A stretch of 64,000 nt of DNA from Octopus vulgaris (taxonomy: Eukaryota), in the NCBI GenBank assembly GCA_951406725.2, contig OX597817.1:172732001-172796000 (forward strand), read 5' to 3'. Positions 38,712 through 52,161 of the stretch are shown here, piece by piece. The notes under the pieces were generated by a model, which was not told the origin of the DNA, made no database searches, and saw only the letters and a program-made list of their open reading frames with translations. The position numbers and the translations under genes were made by a program. The first letter of the stretch is position 1. Each line of letters opens with the position of its first letter.

Positions 38712-39515
38712 GTAAATTTCAAATCTTTTTCTCTTGTTCATTGGTTTGATGTAATGATCTTTTATGTGTGCGTGTGTATTGGTACCTATTTATTCAAAGC
38801 TGAAGTTACTATGAGTTCCCAGTTATGAGCAGCAGAAACCTAGTGTAACGACAGACAGTGAAGACTCAGTTTCAAGTTTATGAATAAACTCTACAGACCG
38901 TATCAAGCACGTTTTCCTCTTGTTTGCACATTCAGAGGTGTATATATGGAGGTAGGTGGAAGCTGAAAGAAGTTCTCTGTATCTGTGAGTGTGTTCATGC
39001 AGCTTTGTCTTGACATCACATGCTAATTGTAGATGAAGGTACTGGTATACTGGTGATGGTGTTTGTTTGCACTCTTCTCCTGAAAACATGTCCAGCCATT
39101 GTAATGTTCATATTTGAAGGATTAGGGGACATATTAACCTTATTCAGAAACAGGTGAGGATCAGTGACAAGAAGAACATTTGCCTCTACAAATTTCATTT
39201 GAGCCATGCAGGCATGGAAAATCGGATTTTGAAATGATGATGACACTGATATATATTAGATACATACAAATACTGTAAAGAGCTGCTGAAGTTTTAACTG
39301 GTTCACTGAGCTAACAACATTTTAACAACAGCTTCATGAAAAGAGAAAGCAAAAACTTCTATTATTGAGAATAAAATATTGTTTCACTTTGAGTGAAGGT
39401 CTAAAAATAAAAATAAAGGTAAAATCTGGAATCCGTGGAAACTGGTGATAGGTCTGTCCAGTTGATCTCATTCAGTATAAAGTTCAGTGGAGTAGAGTGT
39501 TTTGTTACTCTAGCC

Positions 39516-39849
39516 CAGGGGTTCTCAACCATTTTTTACCTATGGACCCTTTTGATTATTATTTTATTCTAGTAGACCCCCATTACCATTCGATGTTTAA
39601 AAACTAGTTTTATAGAAACTTCTAACAAAGTTCCTATTTTGTTTTCCACACATTAACTTGTGTAGGTTGAACTATGTAAAACATCTGAGAAAGAAATCTA
39701 GCTGTTTCTTGAAATATGTACCAATACATGCTTACATCTAAAGCAGAGTTTCATCAGGAGCCCTTAAAATATTATTGTGGACTTCCAATTTACTATTGTG
39801 TTATGTGGACCCCCAAAAATATTTTATGGGCCCCAGTTGAAAACCGCTG
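39516..39849. mobile_element. hAT-type MITE
   Basis: TIRs CAGGGGTTCTCAAC / GTTGAAAACCGCTG, with a perfect 8-bp TSD CTCTAGCC (39508-15, 39850-57). Confidence 0.92.
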
Positions 39850-39933
39850 CTCTAGCCCCTTACATGAGAGTGTGGAAATGAGGGAGAAACTAATGTTGAG
39901 GGTTAGCATGTGATGTCAAGGCAAAGCTACATG

Positions 39934-39972
<39 letters not shown>

Positions 39973-40687
39973 GCATACAAAGGACTTCTTTCAGCTTCCA
40001 ACTATCTACTTATATACCTACATATATAACCTCTGCATCTACAAATTCCATTTGATCCATGCAGGCATGGAAAATTGGATGTTAAAATGATGATGACCAA
40101 GCAAAAGGTGTAGTGTGTGTGTGAGAGTGAAAAGCCAAGCGGGTGAAGTGAATGAAAGACGAGAGGCAGAAAAGTAGATAGAAAACACATCTCTGATATA
40201 ACCACGTAAAAGATACATTTGACAGGTTAAAGTATAATAGAGTCGGGAGGTCGATAGGTGCAATGCATTCAATAACCACACATAGCAATACAGTTACAAT
40301 GACATTAAAAGGGAGAAGTGTTGTGGTGATATAGGGTTACAGGCAAAAGTGGCAGAAGGTTGTGGTGAGGGGTAGCATACACCCGTATGCAATTACATGC
40401 ATAAATGCATCACAAAATTCCAATATGTTCGTGTACGTATAAACAGTCATACATCTTCTCGCTGACCAACCCTCTGGACTTAAAATGAGGAAATGTTAAA
40501 ATCTAAACTTAATATGAATGTAGAGAATTTAATGCATCAAACTTGTGACTAACTTTCACTTCAAATAATTAAAGGACCAAACTAAAGTGAAAGCACAGTT
40601 CTTTGACTTAGTGGTATGACTGACATTTTGACTTTCCCTAGTAAGTCTGTCTTTAGCATCTAGTAAGAAGTCAACCAGTTGACCACA

Positions 40688-40755
<68 letters not shown>

Positions 40756-40784
40756 AAGTAAAGTTGTAAGATACCGCACGAGTG

Positions 40785-41151
40785 GAAAGAAGGTTTGAAA
40801 ATGCAATTTTAAAGATGTTTATTGACTTGACCGGTTTCACTTTTTTAGAAAAAGATTGTCAAAAGTAAAATGTAAAGCTTTATAAGTTTTGTTGTGTTAA
40901 GTACTGGTTGTCACAAAAGTATTAAAATACAGATATATATTCTTTGATAATGATTGTAAACTGTTTTTAACAGTTTCTTATTATTATCAAATAATGTATA
41001 ACTGTATTTTAATACTTTTGTGACAACCAGTACTTAAAACAACAAAGCTTATACAAAGCTTTACATTTTACTTTTGACAATCTTTTTCTAAAAAAGTGAA
41101 ACTGGTCAAGTCAATAAACATCTTTAAAATTGCATTTTCAAACCTTCTTTC
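40785..41151. repeat. Near-perfect palindrome of about 370 bp with a degenerate hammerhead core in each arm
   Basis: 40785-40932 is the reverse complement of 41002-41151 with few differences. The arms contain ACTT-TTGACAA-TCTTTTT-cta-AAAAAGT-GAAA-CYG-GTC-AAGT. Flanked by (TA)n. Confidence 0.85.
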
Positions 41152-43748
41152 ATATATATATATATATGGTTTTATATCCAGCTTGCAGTGCAGGGCATTC
41201 CCTTCATCAGCTCTCAACTGCAGATCAAAGTTGTTTCAGTGCCTTGTGACAGTTTTGCTCCTTCCAGTTGTGTCAAACAGCATTGATATTAGCCAGGGAT
41301 TGTTTACGTTGTTTTAGTCCCACAAAATTCAGTCAGTGATATTCAAAATGTCTCATCTCATCTAATTAAACACTTTAGCATTTCCATGAAACTCAGATAT
41401 AGTGAATGCACCATAGAAGGGGAATTAACTGACAGAGAGCCAGGAACATGCTGTTAATTAAATTAATCAATATTAACTCAGAAGTTAATTAAATCAGTTA
41501 TATTTTACCTCTTATAGTTTAGCAGCTTCATTCATAAGAAATCTTAATTAGGAACTATTAGTAAAATAATAGGGTCAGACTAAATGCAATGTTTTTAGTT
41601 ATGGTTTCTTTATATTTTAAGTTGAAACCTTACTGGCATTGACTTTTGCACTCTCATCTCTCTGGGGTGAATAAAATAAGTACCAGTCATATACTAAGGT
41701 AAATTTACCTGGAGTACACTCCTCTGCCCAAATTTTATAAAACTTATTTTTTGTGTTTTGCAGGTTGTCGTTGCAGTTTATAGTTATGTCCCTTTCCATT
41801 CTTAGTTGAAATCCCAAGATTTGTTTGTTTAATCTTTTATCTCATCATTTACAGAAGTTTGACCCTTAAGCATTTAAACCAGCCATATCTGGTCAAAATG
41901 TTCTACCTCTTTTTTGTTCAAACTGGCCAGGTCTGGCCTCTCACACTAACCCTACAATATCATTCTATAATTTAACAGTTACCTCATCAAAATCTCAAAG
42001 TACAAAATGGCTCATTCAAAACGATGTGAATGAATGAGCATAACTTTGATAGAATTCTGTGAATGCTAAAGGCTTTAATCCAAGAATAGCTGTCTTTATC
42101 TATACTTGGACCCTGCCACTTGTGTTCCATTTTTTTAATACATACAATCTGTGGATTGCTGATTTTAGTTTGTGTATTCTATCAAGTCATAAGTGTTCGG
42201 CTGGTTTTAATTATTTTCTAATTTCCAACTAAAACTTTTTGTAGTAGTCCCATCTATATTATTAGGGATCTTGCTGTGGTGTTGTTTTACTTTGGTTTAA
42301 CTTTTTGAATTAAGCTCTTGTTTCAGTACCCGCTTCATCTAGTTCATGTTTTATTTCAAAACATTTCTACTTGTAACATTTCATGGATTGACAGATAGAT
42401 TCACTGGAGCATTGGATGAAATGCCTTGAAGTATATAATAATAATAATGATAATGAAGGTTTCAAATTTTTACACAAGACCAGCAATTTTAGAGAGAGGT
42501 GGATGGTCAATTACTGATATTTTATTTTATTGACTTGAAATGATGAAAGGTTAAAGTTGACCCTGATGAAATTTGAACTCAGAACATAAAGAGCTAGAAA
42601 AAATGCCACTAAGCATTTTGTTTGATGAGCTGATGACTCTGCCAGCTTACTATCTTACTAAAGATAATAGTGGTTTCAAATTTTGTTGCAATTTTACTAC
42701 TACTACTACTACTACTACTATCATCATTTAAGTTGGCCAGCAAGCAGAATTGTTAGCACACCGAACAAACTGCTTAGCTGCATTTCGTCTGTCTTTATGT
42801 TCTGAGTTCAAATTCTGTCAAAGTCGACTTTGCTTTCTATTCTTTCAGAGTCAATAAAATAAGTACCAGTTGAGTATTGGGGTTGATGTAATTGACTTAA
42901 TTCCCTCCCTCAAACCTGCTGGCGTTGTGCCAAAATTTGAAACCATTGTTATCATTATCATTGTTGTTATTTTGACTCAACCAGTTATATGGTAGAAAGA
43001 ATACTATACTAAATGCTTTACGGTATTTAGTTATGTCTCTTTTTGATCTGAGTCCCATTTCTGCTGGCCCTTATTTTGTTTCTCATCATGATGGGATTGA
43101 TAATATAAAGTAACCGTTAGACACTGCAATTGATTTTCCTTCACAACTACCTCCAGAATTTTACAGATGGATATCTTACCAAAATGCCTGTCACCATAAC
43201 TGTAAGTGGAACGGTTGTCCATTTCTCAAGACAACACTGCTATATCTATTGCTTAGTGTGGTTTGAACCAGTGTTTCTAGACTATTATCATTTAACGATC
43301 ATGCATTTTTATCAGGTCAGCTGAAAATTGCAGCAACATGAGATTGATAAAATGTGTAAAACAAAATTGTATCTTCTTTTCAGGATCTATCCTTAACTTG
43401 TTTCAGTCATTGGACTACAGCCCTGCTTGGATTTAGTTGAACAAATCACCCCCCAGTACTTATTTTAAGTCTTTTGCTGAACTGCTAAGTTACTGTGATG
43501 TAAACAAACCAGCACCAGTTGCCAAGCAGTAGTGGAGAATGAAGGCACACATATATGATGTGTTGCTATAGTTTCATCATCATCAGTTAACATCTATTTT
43601 CCATGCTGGCGAGGATTAGATGGTTTGACTGGAACTTGCAAGCCAGAGAGCTGCACCAGGCTTCAGCTTGTTTTGGCTTGGTTTCTATGGCTGGATACCC
43701 TTCCTAACACTAACCCACTCCACAGGGTGTACTGGAGCCCTTTCAAGT

Positions 43749-43852
43749 GTCACCAGCATAGGTGCCTTTTATCTGTCATTGGCACAGGTGCCTTTTACAT
43801 GTCACCAGTATAGGTGCCTTTTATCTGTCATTGGCACAGGTGCCTTTTACAT
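43749..43852 (+). repeat. Tandem duplication of 2 x 52 bp
   Basis: gtcaccag.ataggtgccttttatctgtcattggcacaggtgccttttacat at 43749 and 43801. Confidence 0.9.
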
Positions 43853-44044
43853 GGCACCAGCATGGTTGTTTTTTATGACTGATTTCCCTTAGCTTTTCCA
43901 AATTCATTCACAAGGCATTTGTTAGGCCGGAGCCACACAGTGGAACTGAACCCAAAGCTACAACCATGCCCGGGCCTAACCAATTTTGTTTTCTGTTTTA
44001 GTTTATTTGTTTTTGTCTTCAGTGTTATCCAATTTGTCTTTCAG

Positions 44045-44107
44045 ATTGATCCGAATCCCTCAACTCAATCGACCACAGTACGTTTTCTGGAAGACGGACA
44101 TTCATGA
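44045..44107 (+). CDS. ARRDC3: Alpha-arrestin terminal coding exon
   Basis: gtctttcag acceptor. Reads IDPNPSTQSTTVRFLEDGHS*, completing the 'PPP.YSE|IDPNP' C-terminal motif of ARRDC proteins. Confidence 0.9.
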   Translation: MDPNPSTQSTTVRFLEDGHS

Positions 44108-45100
44108 CGCTGAACTGGCAACATTATGTCATATAGTCCACTATTGTTTGAGCTGGCCAGATAAAAAGAGATTGCCATCTTGATTCTAACTCTGACTCAC
44201 ATGAGTAGCCATTACTTGTTGGCTGTTGCTGGTCAATCTGTCTACAAGCTATGCTGACCAAGAAGAGTAATCAAAGTGTATGTTTATATATATATATATA
44301 TACGTATATATATATATATATGCAGCTTTCCTTTATCCCTTCCTCTCTACCACCACCACCACCCCTCTACTTAAAGCTAATTGAACTGACATATATTCAT
44401 CACTATCACAACAGAGAATTTTAACTGTTGAACAAACAGATTTATTAACTGATGATATAAACTTATACATTCTTTTTTTTTTAATTTAATTTTATTTTTA
44501 ATATATTTTCATTTTCAAGAGACAATAATTGATATCAAAAAAAAGCCCTGCTATATTCTATTCAAGAGAATGAAAATCACTTATATTTCTAAGTTAAGCT
44601 CTCCATTAAAATACAATAATTGTTCACTCATCAGTTTATCTGATGCTTTATATTTTTGAATTGATGCTTTTAAAAGTTGTTGCATTCGACTTATTAACAA
44701 ATGTATCAATATTTCATGTCTTGTTATTATTATTATTTATTATTAGTAATTTTGTTAATTGTAAAGTTAAAAGTTCATCATATTCATCATTCAAGTGTAA
44801 ACATTTTTATTTATATTTGTATCCTCTATTTTTCTTAATTAAAATCTACCTAACCATCTGTCTATCTTGCACATACATACAAATCAGTGCATGTGTACTC
44901 AGGCCAGAATTCTGAATTGATGAGCTTTTCAACTGATTCTCAGGTTTCTAGGATGAAAAAAAAAACAAAAACAATAGTTAGGTTCTTATTTCAACAGATA
45001 GATTATAATTAAAAATTTCAGTTTGATACCATTAGTTAATTAATCCTAATCATTAATTATTTGTTCAAGAAGTCTTTCTGTAATTCCTTACTGTTGTGTT

Positions 45101-45131
45101 CATATATATGCATATATATATGTATATGCAT

Positions 45132-45163
<32 letters not shown>

Positions 45164-45327
45164 TATATCTATCTCTATATATATGCATATATATATATAT
45201 ATGTGCATATATATATATGCATGCATATATATATGTGCATATATATATATGCATGCATATATATCTGTGCATATATATATATGCGTATATATATATGCAT
45301 GCATATATACATATATATATATAATGC

Positions 45328-45362
<35 letters not shown>

Positions 45363-45385
45363 GCATATATATATATGTATATATA

Positions 45386-45428
<43 letters not shown>

Positions 45429-45461
45429 GATATATGTATGTATATATATATATGCATATAT
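45101..45461. repeat. Compound (TA)n/(ATGC) microsatellite
   Basis: Read directly from the sequence. Confidence 0.95.
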
Positions 45462-46021
45462 AATTTACAGTTCTAAAAGCACCACAACCAAATTCTCAGT
45501 TATGAATTTAAGATTTATTTTGTTTTTAAAAAGAAAATTTGAAACCTCTGAAGAATGTTGTTAATTCCTTTTATGATCATCCATATGATTTCTAACCATT
45601 GGGCTTAAATTCAATTTTATTTTGTTACCTCTTTTATATTGTAAAACGAAGAAGTAAAAAATTATTAAACCATTGGAATTTATGTATATTTTGGTAACAG
45701 AACTTGTCACCTTCATGTTTACAAATAAGAATTATCTGACTTCTTAGTGAGTAAATGGTTATGTGTCAAATATTCACATACACTGAAATGGTATTTTTCT
45801 AATTTTATAAATTTTCTGGAATTCTTACAAAAGATATTATCAGAAAAAAAATTAATAAGGACTCATTGGTTACTATGTGATGTTGAAGGATTCTATATTC
45901 CATTAGCACAAACAGTAATCATTGCTCAAGCAAGAGTATAGAACACAAAAACATCAGTATATGTATTTTTATATATTTAATTCACAGAAGTTACAAAGTG
46001 ACTCAAGTGCCAATTAAATAT

Positions 46022-46086
46022 TATATATATATATATATATACACATGTACATATATACAAATATATATAAAAACATATATATATAT

Positions 46087-46117
<31 letters not shown>

Positions 46118-46166
46118 CACATATATATAAACATATATATACATATATAAATGTACATATATATAA

Positions 46167-46200
<34 letters not shown>

Positions 46201-46521
46201 ACATGTATATATATATGCATATATATATATATATGTATATATACGCATATATATGTATATATACGCATATATATATATATACATATATATTAACATATAT
46301 ATATATATATACATATATATGTATATATATATATATACATATATATGTATATACATATATATATATACATATATATGTATATACATATATATGTATATAC
46401 ATATATATATGCATATATATATATACATATATATATATATACATGTATATATACATATATATATATATACATATATATATACATATATATATATATAAAC
46501 ATATATATATATATATATATA
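46022..46521. repeat. Compound (TA)n/(TAC) microsatellite of about 500 bp
   Basis: Read directly from the sequence. Confidence 0.95.
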
Positions 46522-46907
46522 TGTAATATAATATGTGACAATTATTCGGTTGCCGTAATAAAACTCCGAGTTTCAGATGTCGGGGTGGAAAGCTGCTCTG
46601 GCATCTCGTCAGTTATTAAGACAAACAAAAATGCTATGAAAATGACCGCTAAACAAGGGAAATTACCATTTAAATGACTGTTATTAAGACAAACGAAAGA
46701 GCTATTTATTTAAGTCATTCTAATAGCTCTTTTGTTTGTCTTCATAACGGTCATTTACGTAGTAATTTACCTTTGTTTAACAGTCATTTTCATAGCATTT
46801 TTGTTTGTCTTAATAACTGACGAGATGCCAGAGCAGATTTCCACCCTGGCATCCAAAACTTGGAGTTTTATCTTGGCTACTGAATAATTGTCACATATTA
46901 TTTTACA
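46522..46907. repeat. Fold-back element with arms of about 185 bp and a hammerhead-like core in each arm
   Basis: 46522-46706 vs 46722-46907, diverged by scattered substitutions, loop about 15 nt. Cores lie at 46556-46618 (-) and 46811-46871 (+). Confidence 0.85.
46556..46618 (-). ncRNA. Hammerhead ribozyme-like motif
   Basis: The minus strand reads TAATAA-CTGACGA-GATG...CATC-T-GAAA-CTCGGAG-TT-TTATTA. Stem I is 6 bp, the cleavage triplet is GUU, and there is one extra nucleotide before GAAA. Confidence 0.6.
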
Positions 46908-49472
46908 GATAAATTTCTCTATTTACATAATATCGAGGTCTCATTCATTCTTTTGTTGTCATACTATTATTATTAATATATATACATATATATATATATA
47001 CACACACACACACATATAGATATCTATATACATACATGTATATACATATATATGTATATGTAAATTTTTATCATTTGATGTACAAATTCTTTAATTAGGA
47101 ACTCTTCATTTGTCTAGAGAAATGTTCTCTGGTTTATTCAGAAAACATTACTGAAATATGGGAATCACTGACGACTTACCAGAAGACAGCCTATAATACT
47201 TTACACTTAATAAAATTCAAATTCAACCGAGCAGTAGAGTGTTTGACTATTTGCCTTACTGTATTTAGTTTAATCCTCCATGTTCTGGACTTGATTCTTA
47301 TTGAGGTTGGCTCCGCCTTTCACTTAACCCTCTGTGTTTGTTAAACATTTGTATCAGATGTGTATTGTTGTTTGATTTAATTGACTGTAATCCATTCTTA
47401 AAAATGTGGTTTTTGTGCTACTAAAACAACAAAAAATTTTTTAAACTGCATCTAAAATTCAAATATAATTGAAAATACACCTTTCATTTCCAGCAATGAT
47501 ATATGTAATTTCCTCTTAACGTTTGATATTTCTTTATATTTATAAGTGATATGACCTATTAATATATATATATATATATATTAATAATCTACATGTATTG
47601 GGTCTTAAATGTTCAAACCATTGGTTTATTATTTGCCGTCATAAAAATGGTAATCCTAATGCTGAGGGATTATATATAACCAGAGGGAAAGCTAGCTGTC
47701 TTTATATTGGTATAACATCTTTATCTACATTTCAGTTTAATATCAACATCTTTTTTTCTTTTTTTTTTTTTTTTTTTGAAAAGCATTTTTATTTTCAGAA
47801 ATTTCTTCACTTAAGTTGTTTCTGTATGATTTCAATGGCATCTTCTAAAGGCAAAAAAAAACCAGAAAAAAAAGGAAAAACGAACAGTGTCTGCCATTTG
47901 TTACTCCAATGTTATTTTCAATATATATTTCCATTTCAAATTAAACTATCCGGCACATTATATAAATATATTTTCTTAATGTGCAGCTTATTTTCTAAAT
48001 TCACAGGTATTGAATATTTTTTTTAACATCTTTATCTATTACAAGAAAGATGGACCAGAACATATTTCAATTAAAAAAAAAAAAAAAGAAAAACAAGGAG
48101 AAAACAAAAAAGGGTATTCTTTTTAAATCTGTAAAATTATAATTAAAATAGTTATTCCTATTGAATATATTGCCAAATTGGCATTGGATCATTTTTGATT
48201 TTTCAGTCAATTTTTAAGACTTGATGCTGCCTGCTGCTAATCTCTGTCTTTTGGCTTCAATATCATTAGTCTAAAATTGAAAATAATGGCATTTTAAAAC
48301 CAAGCCTTATTTTATTTCAGAAAAGCAAGTAACTTTCAATAATTTTTATTAAGTTCAATCTAAAAACTTCCCATATGCAGTTAATATTTATTGTAGTTGA
48401 GAATTTAATTGTGAAATAAAAAATAAATAATCTGCTCTAATTATTTTTTAAGCTAGTAGTCGATTATATATATATATATATATATAAAATCTAACAGATT
48501 TTTTTTTTTTTGCAACCAGTTTCTCTGTTAATATGTAAATAAATTTGTATAGAAATGCTTTGATTTGTTCCAACAACAGTATTACACTATTATTGTTTAA
48601 AGTACATTTGTAAAACAAAATCAAGCGATAACAACTGTATTATATAATTTAGTAACAAAACAAAACAAAAAAAAAATGAAGATGGGGATATTCATTTGAG
48701 ATATTGCTTGATTTTTCTGTCAGTAAATTTCATATTTTAATGAAATGTTTATTTACAATGATAATGCTCACTTAAAAGAAAGACAGAATAAATTCCACAG
48801 ACTCGGAGTTAATCAAACAATAGTTTATCTATATTTAAACTGGACCCACTTTACAGTAAAATTTGTCATAAGTAATAAGAGCTATTCTGAATTAATTTTT
48901 GGTCAATTTTGTAACAAGCTTTTTTTTTTTTTTTCTAATTTTAACTTAAGTTTCAAAAAGTCACTTTTTATCACTGCTCCTTCACTTTACTATTTCATAT
49001 ACATTTTACACACTGAAAATACATGTATATCTGTCTAAATAACAAACCGAAAAAAGCATATGTTCAATGTGTGTCTGTGTGTGTGTGTGGAGAGAGAGAG
49101 AGAGAGAGAGAGTGGGAAAGAAAAAGAGAAAGAGAGAGATAAATGAAGTTGTATGTAGCTTTGAAATACAAAATGAGAGCTGAACAACAAAGGTAATGAA
49201 ATTCAGTAAATACAAAAGACTAGAAACAGTTTTTAATATGGCTCTTATTGCTTTGGTTGATGTATTTTATTTTTGTTTGAATAAATTGCATATTTTTTCT
49301 ATTTTTGTCTTTCAGTGGTCAGTTTCTCTTAGACAATCTCTGTGTATTACATGACCATCATCTCTATGTAATGCCGGTCTTCCATGTTAGCATGGGTTGG
49401 TTGATTTGACAAGATCTGATAAACAAGAGGACTATCTTAAGCTCCAGTGTCTTCTTTGCATGGTTTCTATGG

Positions 49473-49680
49473 CTGGATGCCTTTCCTAATGCTGACCACT
49501 TCATAGGGGGTACTGGATGCCTTTCCTAATGCTAACCACTTCACAGGGGGTACTGGATGCCTTTCCTAATGCTAACCACCTCACATGGGGTACTGGATGC
49601 CTTTCCTAATGTTAACCACTTCACAGGGAGTACTGGATGACTCCTAATGCTAACCACTTCACAGGGGGTACTGGGTGCTT
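49473..49680 (+). repeat. Tandem repeat of about 5 x 40 bp
   Basis: ctggatgcctttcctaatgctaaccacttcacagggggta starts at 49473, 49513, 49553, 49593 and 49633. Confidence 0.9.
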
Positions 49681-51049
49681 TTTCATGACACTGGCACTGG
49701 TGAAGTCATCTTGTAACTTGCAAGACAAAGGGAAAATTCCTTTTAACTGAGTGGGAGTAGAAAAAGGGAGATGGCTTTATGTTAAGTGATGAAAGGTTCA
49801 AGAATGAGAGAGAGAGACAGGAACAAGTTTCTTGCTGTAGAGGATAGTGACATGGCTACACCACATGATATAAGGATAAGTGGAAATAGTTGGATTGGAG
49901 CTGGAATGAAAGATAAAGACAGAGGAGACCAAGTGTCAGGACATACCCTTAATCCTTTAGCATTCAAACTAGCCATATCTGGCCCAAATATTCAATCTGT
50001 ATTTTGTTCTAACTGGCCAGGGGCTAGCGTTTCATACTTACCCTACACTGTCATTCTAAAAGTAAACAATTGCATCATTGAAATCTCAAAGCTACAGAAT
50101 AATTCATGATTTATTCAAAATGTGTGTGGCTTAGTGGTTAGAGCATTCGACTCATGATCGTAAGGTCATGAGTTCAGTTTCTGGCAATGCCTTGTGTCCT
50201 TGAGCAAGATACTTTATTTCACATTGCTCTAGTTCATTCAGCTGGCAAAAATAAGTAGTATCTGTATTTCAAAGGGCCAGCCTTGTCACATTCTGTGTCA
50301 TGCTGAATCTCCCTTGAGAACTACATTAAGAGTACATGTGTCTGTGGAGTGCTCAGCCACTTGTATGTTAATTTCATGAGCAGGTTCCATTGATTGGATC
50401 AACTGGAACCCTCGTCATCATAACTGACGGAGTGCCAGTATTCAAAGCAATACTCTTGTAATTGTTTCAGTCATTTGACTGTGGCCATGCTGGAGCACCG
50501 CCTTTAGTTCAGCAAATCGACCCCAGGACTTATTCTTTGTAGGCCTAGTACTTATTCTATTAGTCTCTTTTGCTGAACTGCTAAGTTACCGGGACGTAAA
50601 CACACCAGTATCGGTTGTTATGCCGAGGTCAGCTTTGCCTTTCATCCTTTAGGGGTCAATAAATTAAGTACCAGTTACGCACTGGGGTCGATATAATCAA
50701 CTTAATCCCTTTGTCTGTCTTTGTTTGTCCCCTCTATGTTTAGCCCCTTGTGGGCAATAAAAAATAAGAAATAGGTGGTGTTGGTGGTGATTATTGGCAG
50801 ATGTGAGGGAATGTTAAGAATGAAGTATGAGCATCAATAAGATGCAGTTCAGGGAAGAGGAGGAGATTACTGGGAGCTCAGAAAGCATGGTCAGTGGAAA
50901 ATAAGGGTCAGGAGGGATGGATGGTCGCACAGAAAGGAGGTGAAACATGTATTTATGCTCTCATTCAATTACAGCAGCAGAAAAATACAGAAAGATGAGA
51001 GGATGGGGGAAGGCTTGACAGGGACAAATTAGCCACAGGCAAAGTTGTG

Positions 51050-51977
51050 CCTATATATATTGGCGACAAAGGGTCTCTCGCTCAGAATGAAAGGTAGATT
51101 GTATGATGCATGTGTGCGAATCGCCATGCTTCACGGTAGTGAAACATGGGCTGTGACTGCAGAGGACATGCGTAGACTTGAAAGAAATGAAGCTAGCATG
51201 ATCCGCTGGATGTGGAATGTCAGTGTGCACGCACGACAGAGTGTATGCACCCTGAGAGAAATGCTGGACATAAGAAGCATCAAATGTGGTGTGCAAGAGC
51301 GACGCTTGCGATGGTATGGTCATGTACTGCGGATGGATGAGGAGAGATGTGTGAAGAAGTGCCGCTCCCAAACAGTTGAAGGTATCAGGGGGAGAAGTAG
51401 ACCCAGGAAAACATGGGATGAGTTGGTCAAGCATGACCTCAGAGTGTTGGACTTCACAGAGGCAATGACGAAGGACTGAGATCTCTGGAGATATGCTGTG
51501 ACTGCAAAGACCCGGGCTGCTTCCTGCACCAGTTCCGCATAGCCCCAGCCCATTCAAAGTACCTTGGATTTCAGAACAACCTGCTGTGCTTGAGGAGACC
51601 TATTTAGTCAAGTACATGAACATCGAAATAAATATCAAATGGAAATAGTAGTTGTGATACCTGTGCCGGTGGCACGTAAAAAGCACCATCCGAACGTGGC
51701 CGTTGCCAGCGCCGCCTTGACTGGCTTCTGTGCCGGTGGCACATAAAAAGTACAAACCGATCGTGGCCACTGCCAGACTCCCCTGGCACCTGTGCCATTG
51801 GCATGTAAAAAGCACCCACTACACTCACGGAGTGGTTGGCATTAGGAAGGGCATCCAGCTGTAGAAACACTGCCAGATCAGACTGGAGCCTGGTGCAGCC
51901 TCCTGGCTTCACAGACCCTGGTCGAACCATCCAACCCATCCTAGCAGGGAAAACAGACGTTAAAAGATGATGATGAT
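51050..51977 (+). mobile_element. RTE LINE 3' end (RT C-terminus, 3' UTR and GAT tail)
   Basis: KGRLYDACVR.AMLHGSETW...RRLRWYGHVLRM...GRSRPRKTW. A related shorter piece lies at 29220-30030. Confidence 0.9.
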
Positions 51978-51983
51978 ATATAT

Positions 51984-52161
51984 TTAGAAGAAATGAGGTA
52001 CTCAGAAATCTGGATGGTTTTATATTTACAGTTATCTAAACTCCACTAGAGTGGACGAAAGCGCTAATATATGATATATGATTTATAAAAACATGTAACA
52101 TACTAATAAATATCTGTAAATATAAAACCATCTGAATTTCTGAGTACCTCATTTCTTCTAA
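51984..52161. repeat. Inverted repeat (48-bp arms) enclosing a 5'-truncated hammerhead half
   Basis: 51984-52031 vs 52114-52161. The loop holds TCCAC-taga-GTGGA-C-GAAA-GCGC-TA (52042-52066) but no CTGANGA. Confidence 0.7.

Larger units (their letters stand above)
44108..49310 (+). other. Putative long 3' UTR of the alpha-arrestin gene
   Basis: Follows the stop codon, is very A/T rich and nearly lacks the SINEs that fill the introns. AATAAA at 49280-49285 is followed by a T/GT-rich tract, and dispersed repeats resume at about 49355. The end point is inferred. Confidence 0.5.

Noticed and set aside
45057-46677. Many 80-160 aa Tyr/Ile-rich ORFs (and similar ones across the window)
   Set aside because: They are translations of (TA)n/(TG)n microsatellites, which lack stop codons.
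47598-48026. 142-aa ORF downstream of the gene
   Set aside because: Non-ATG start, Phe/Lys runs from homopolymers and no recognisable domain.
49473-49680. CRISPR-like regular repeats (also 1628-1817)
   Set aside because: The units are head-to-tail with no unique spacers, there are no cas genes, and the context is eukaryotic.
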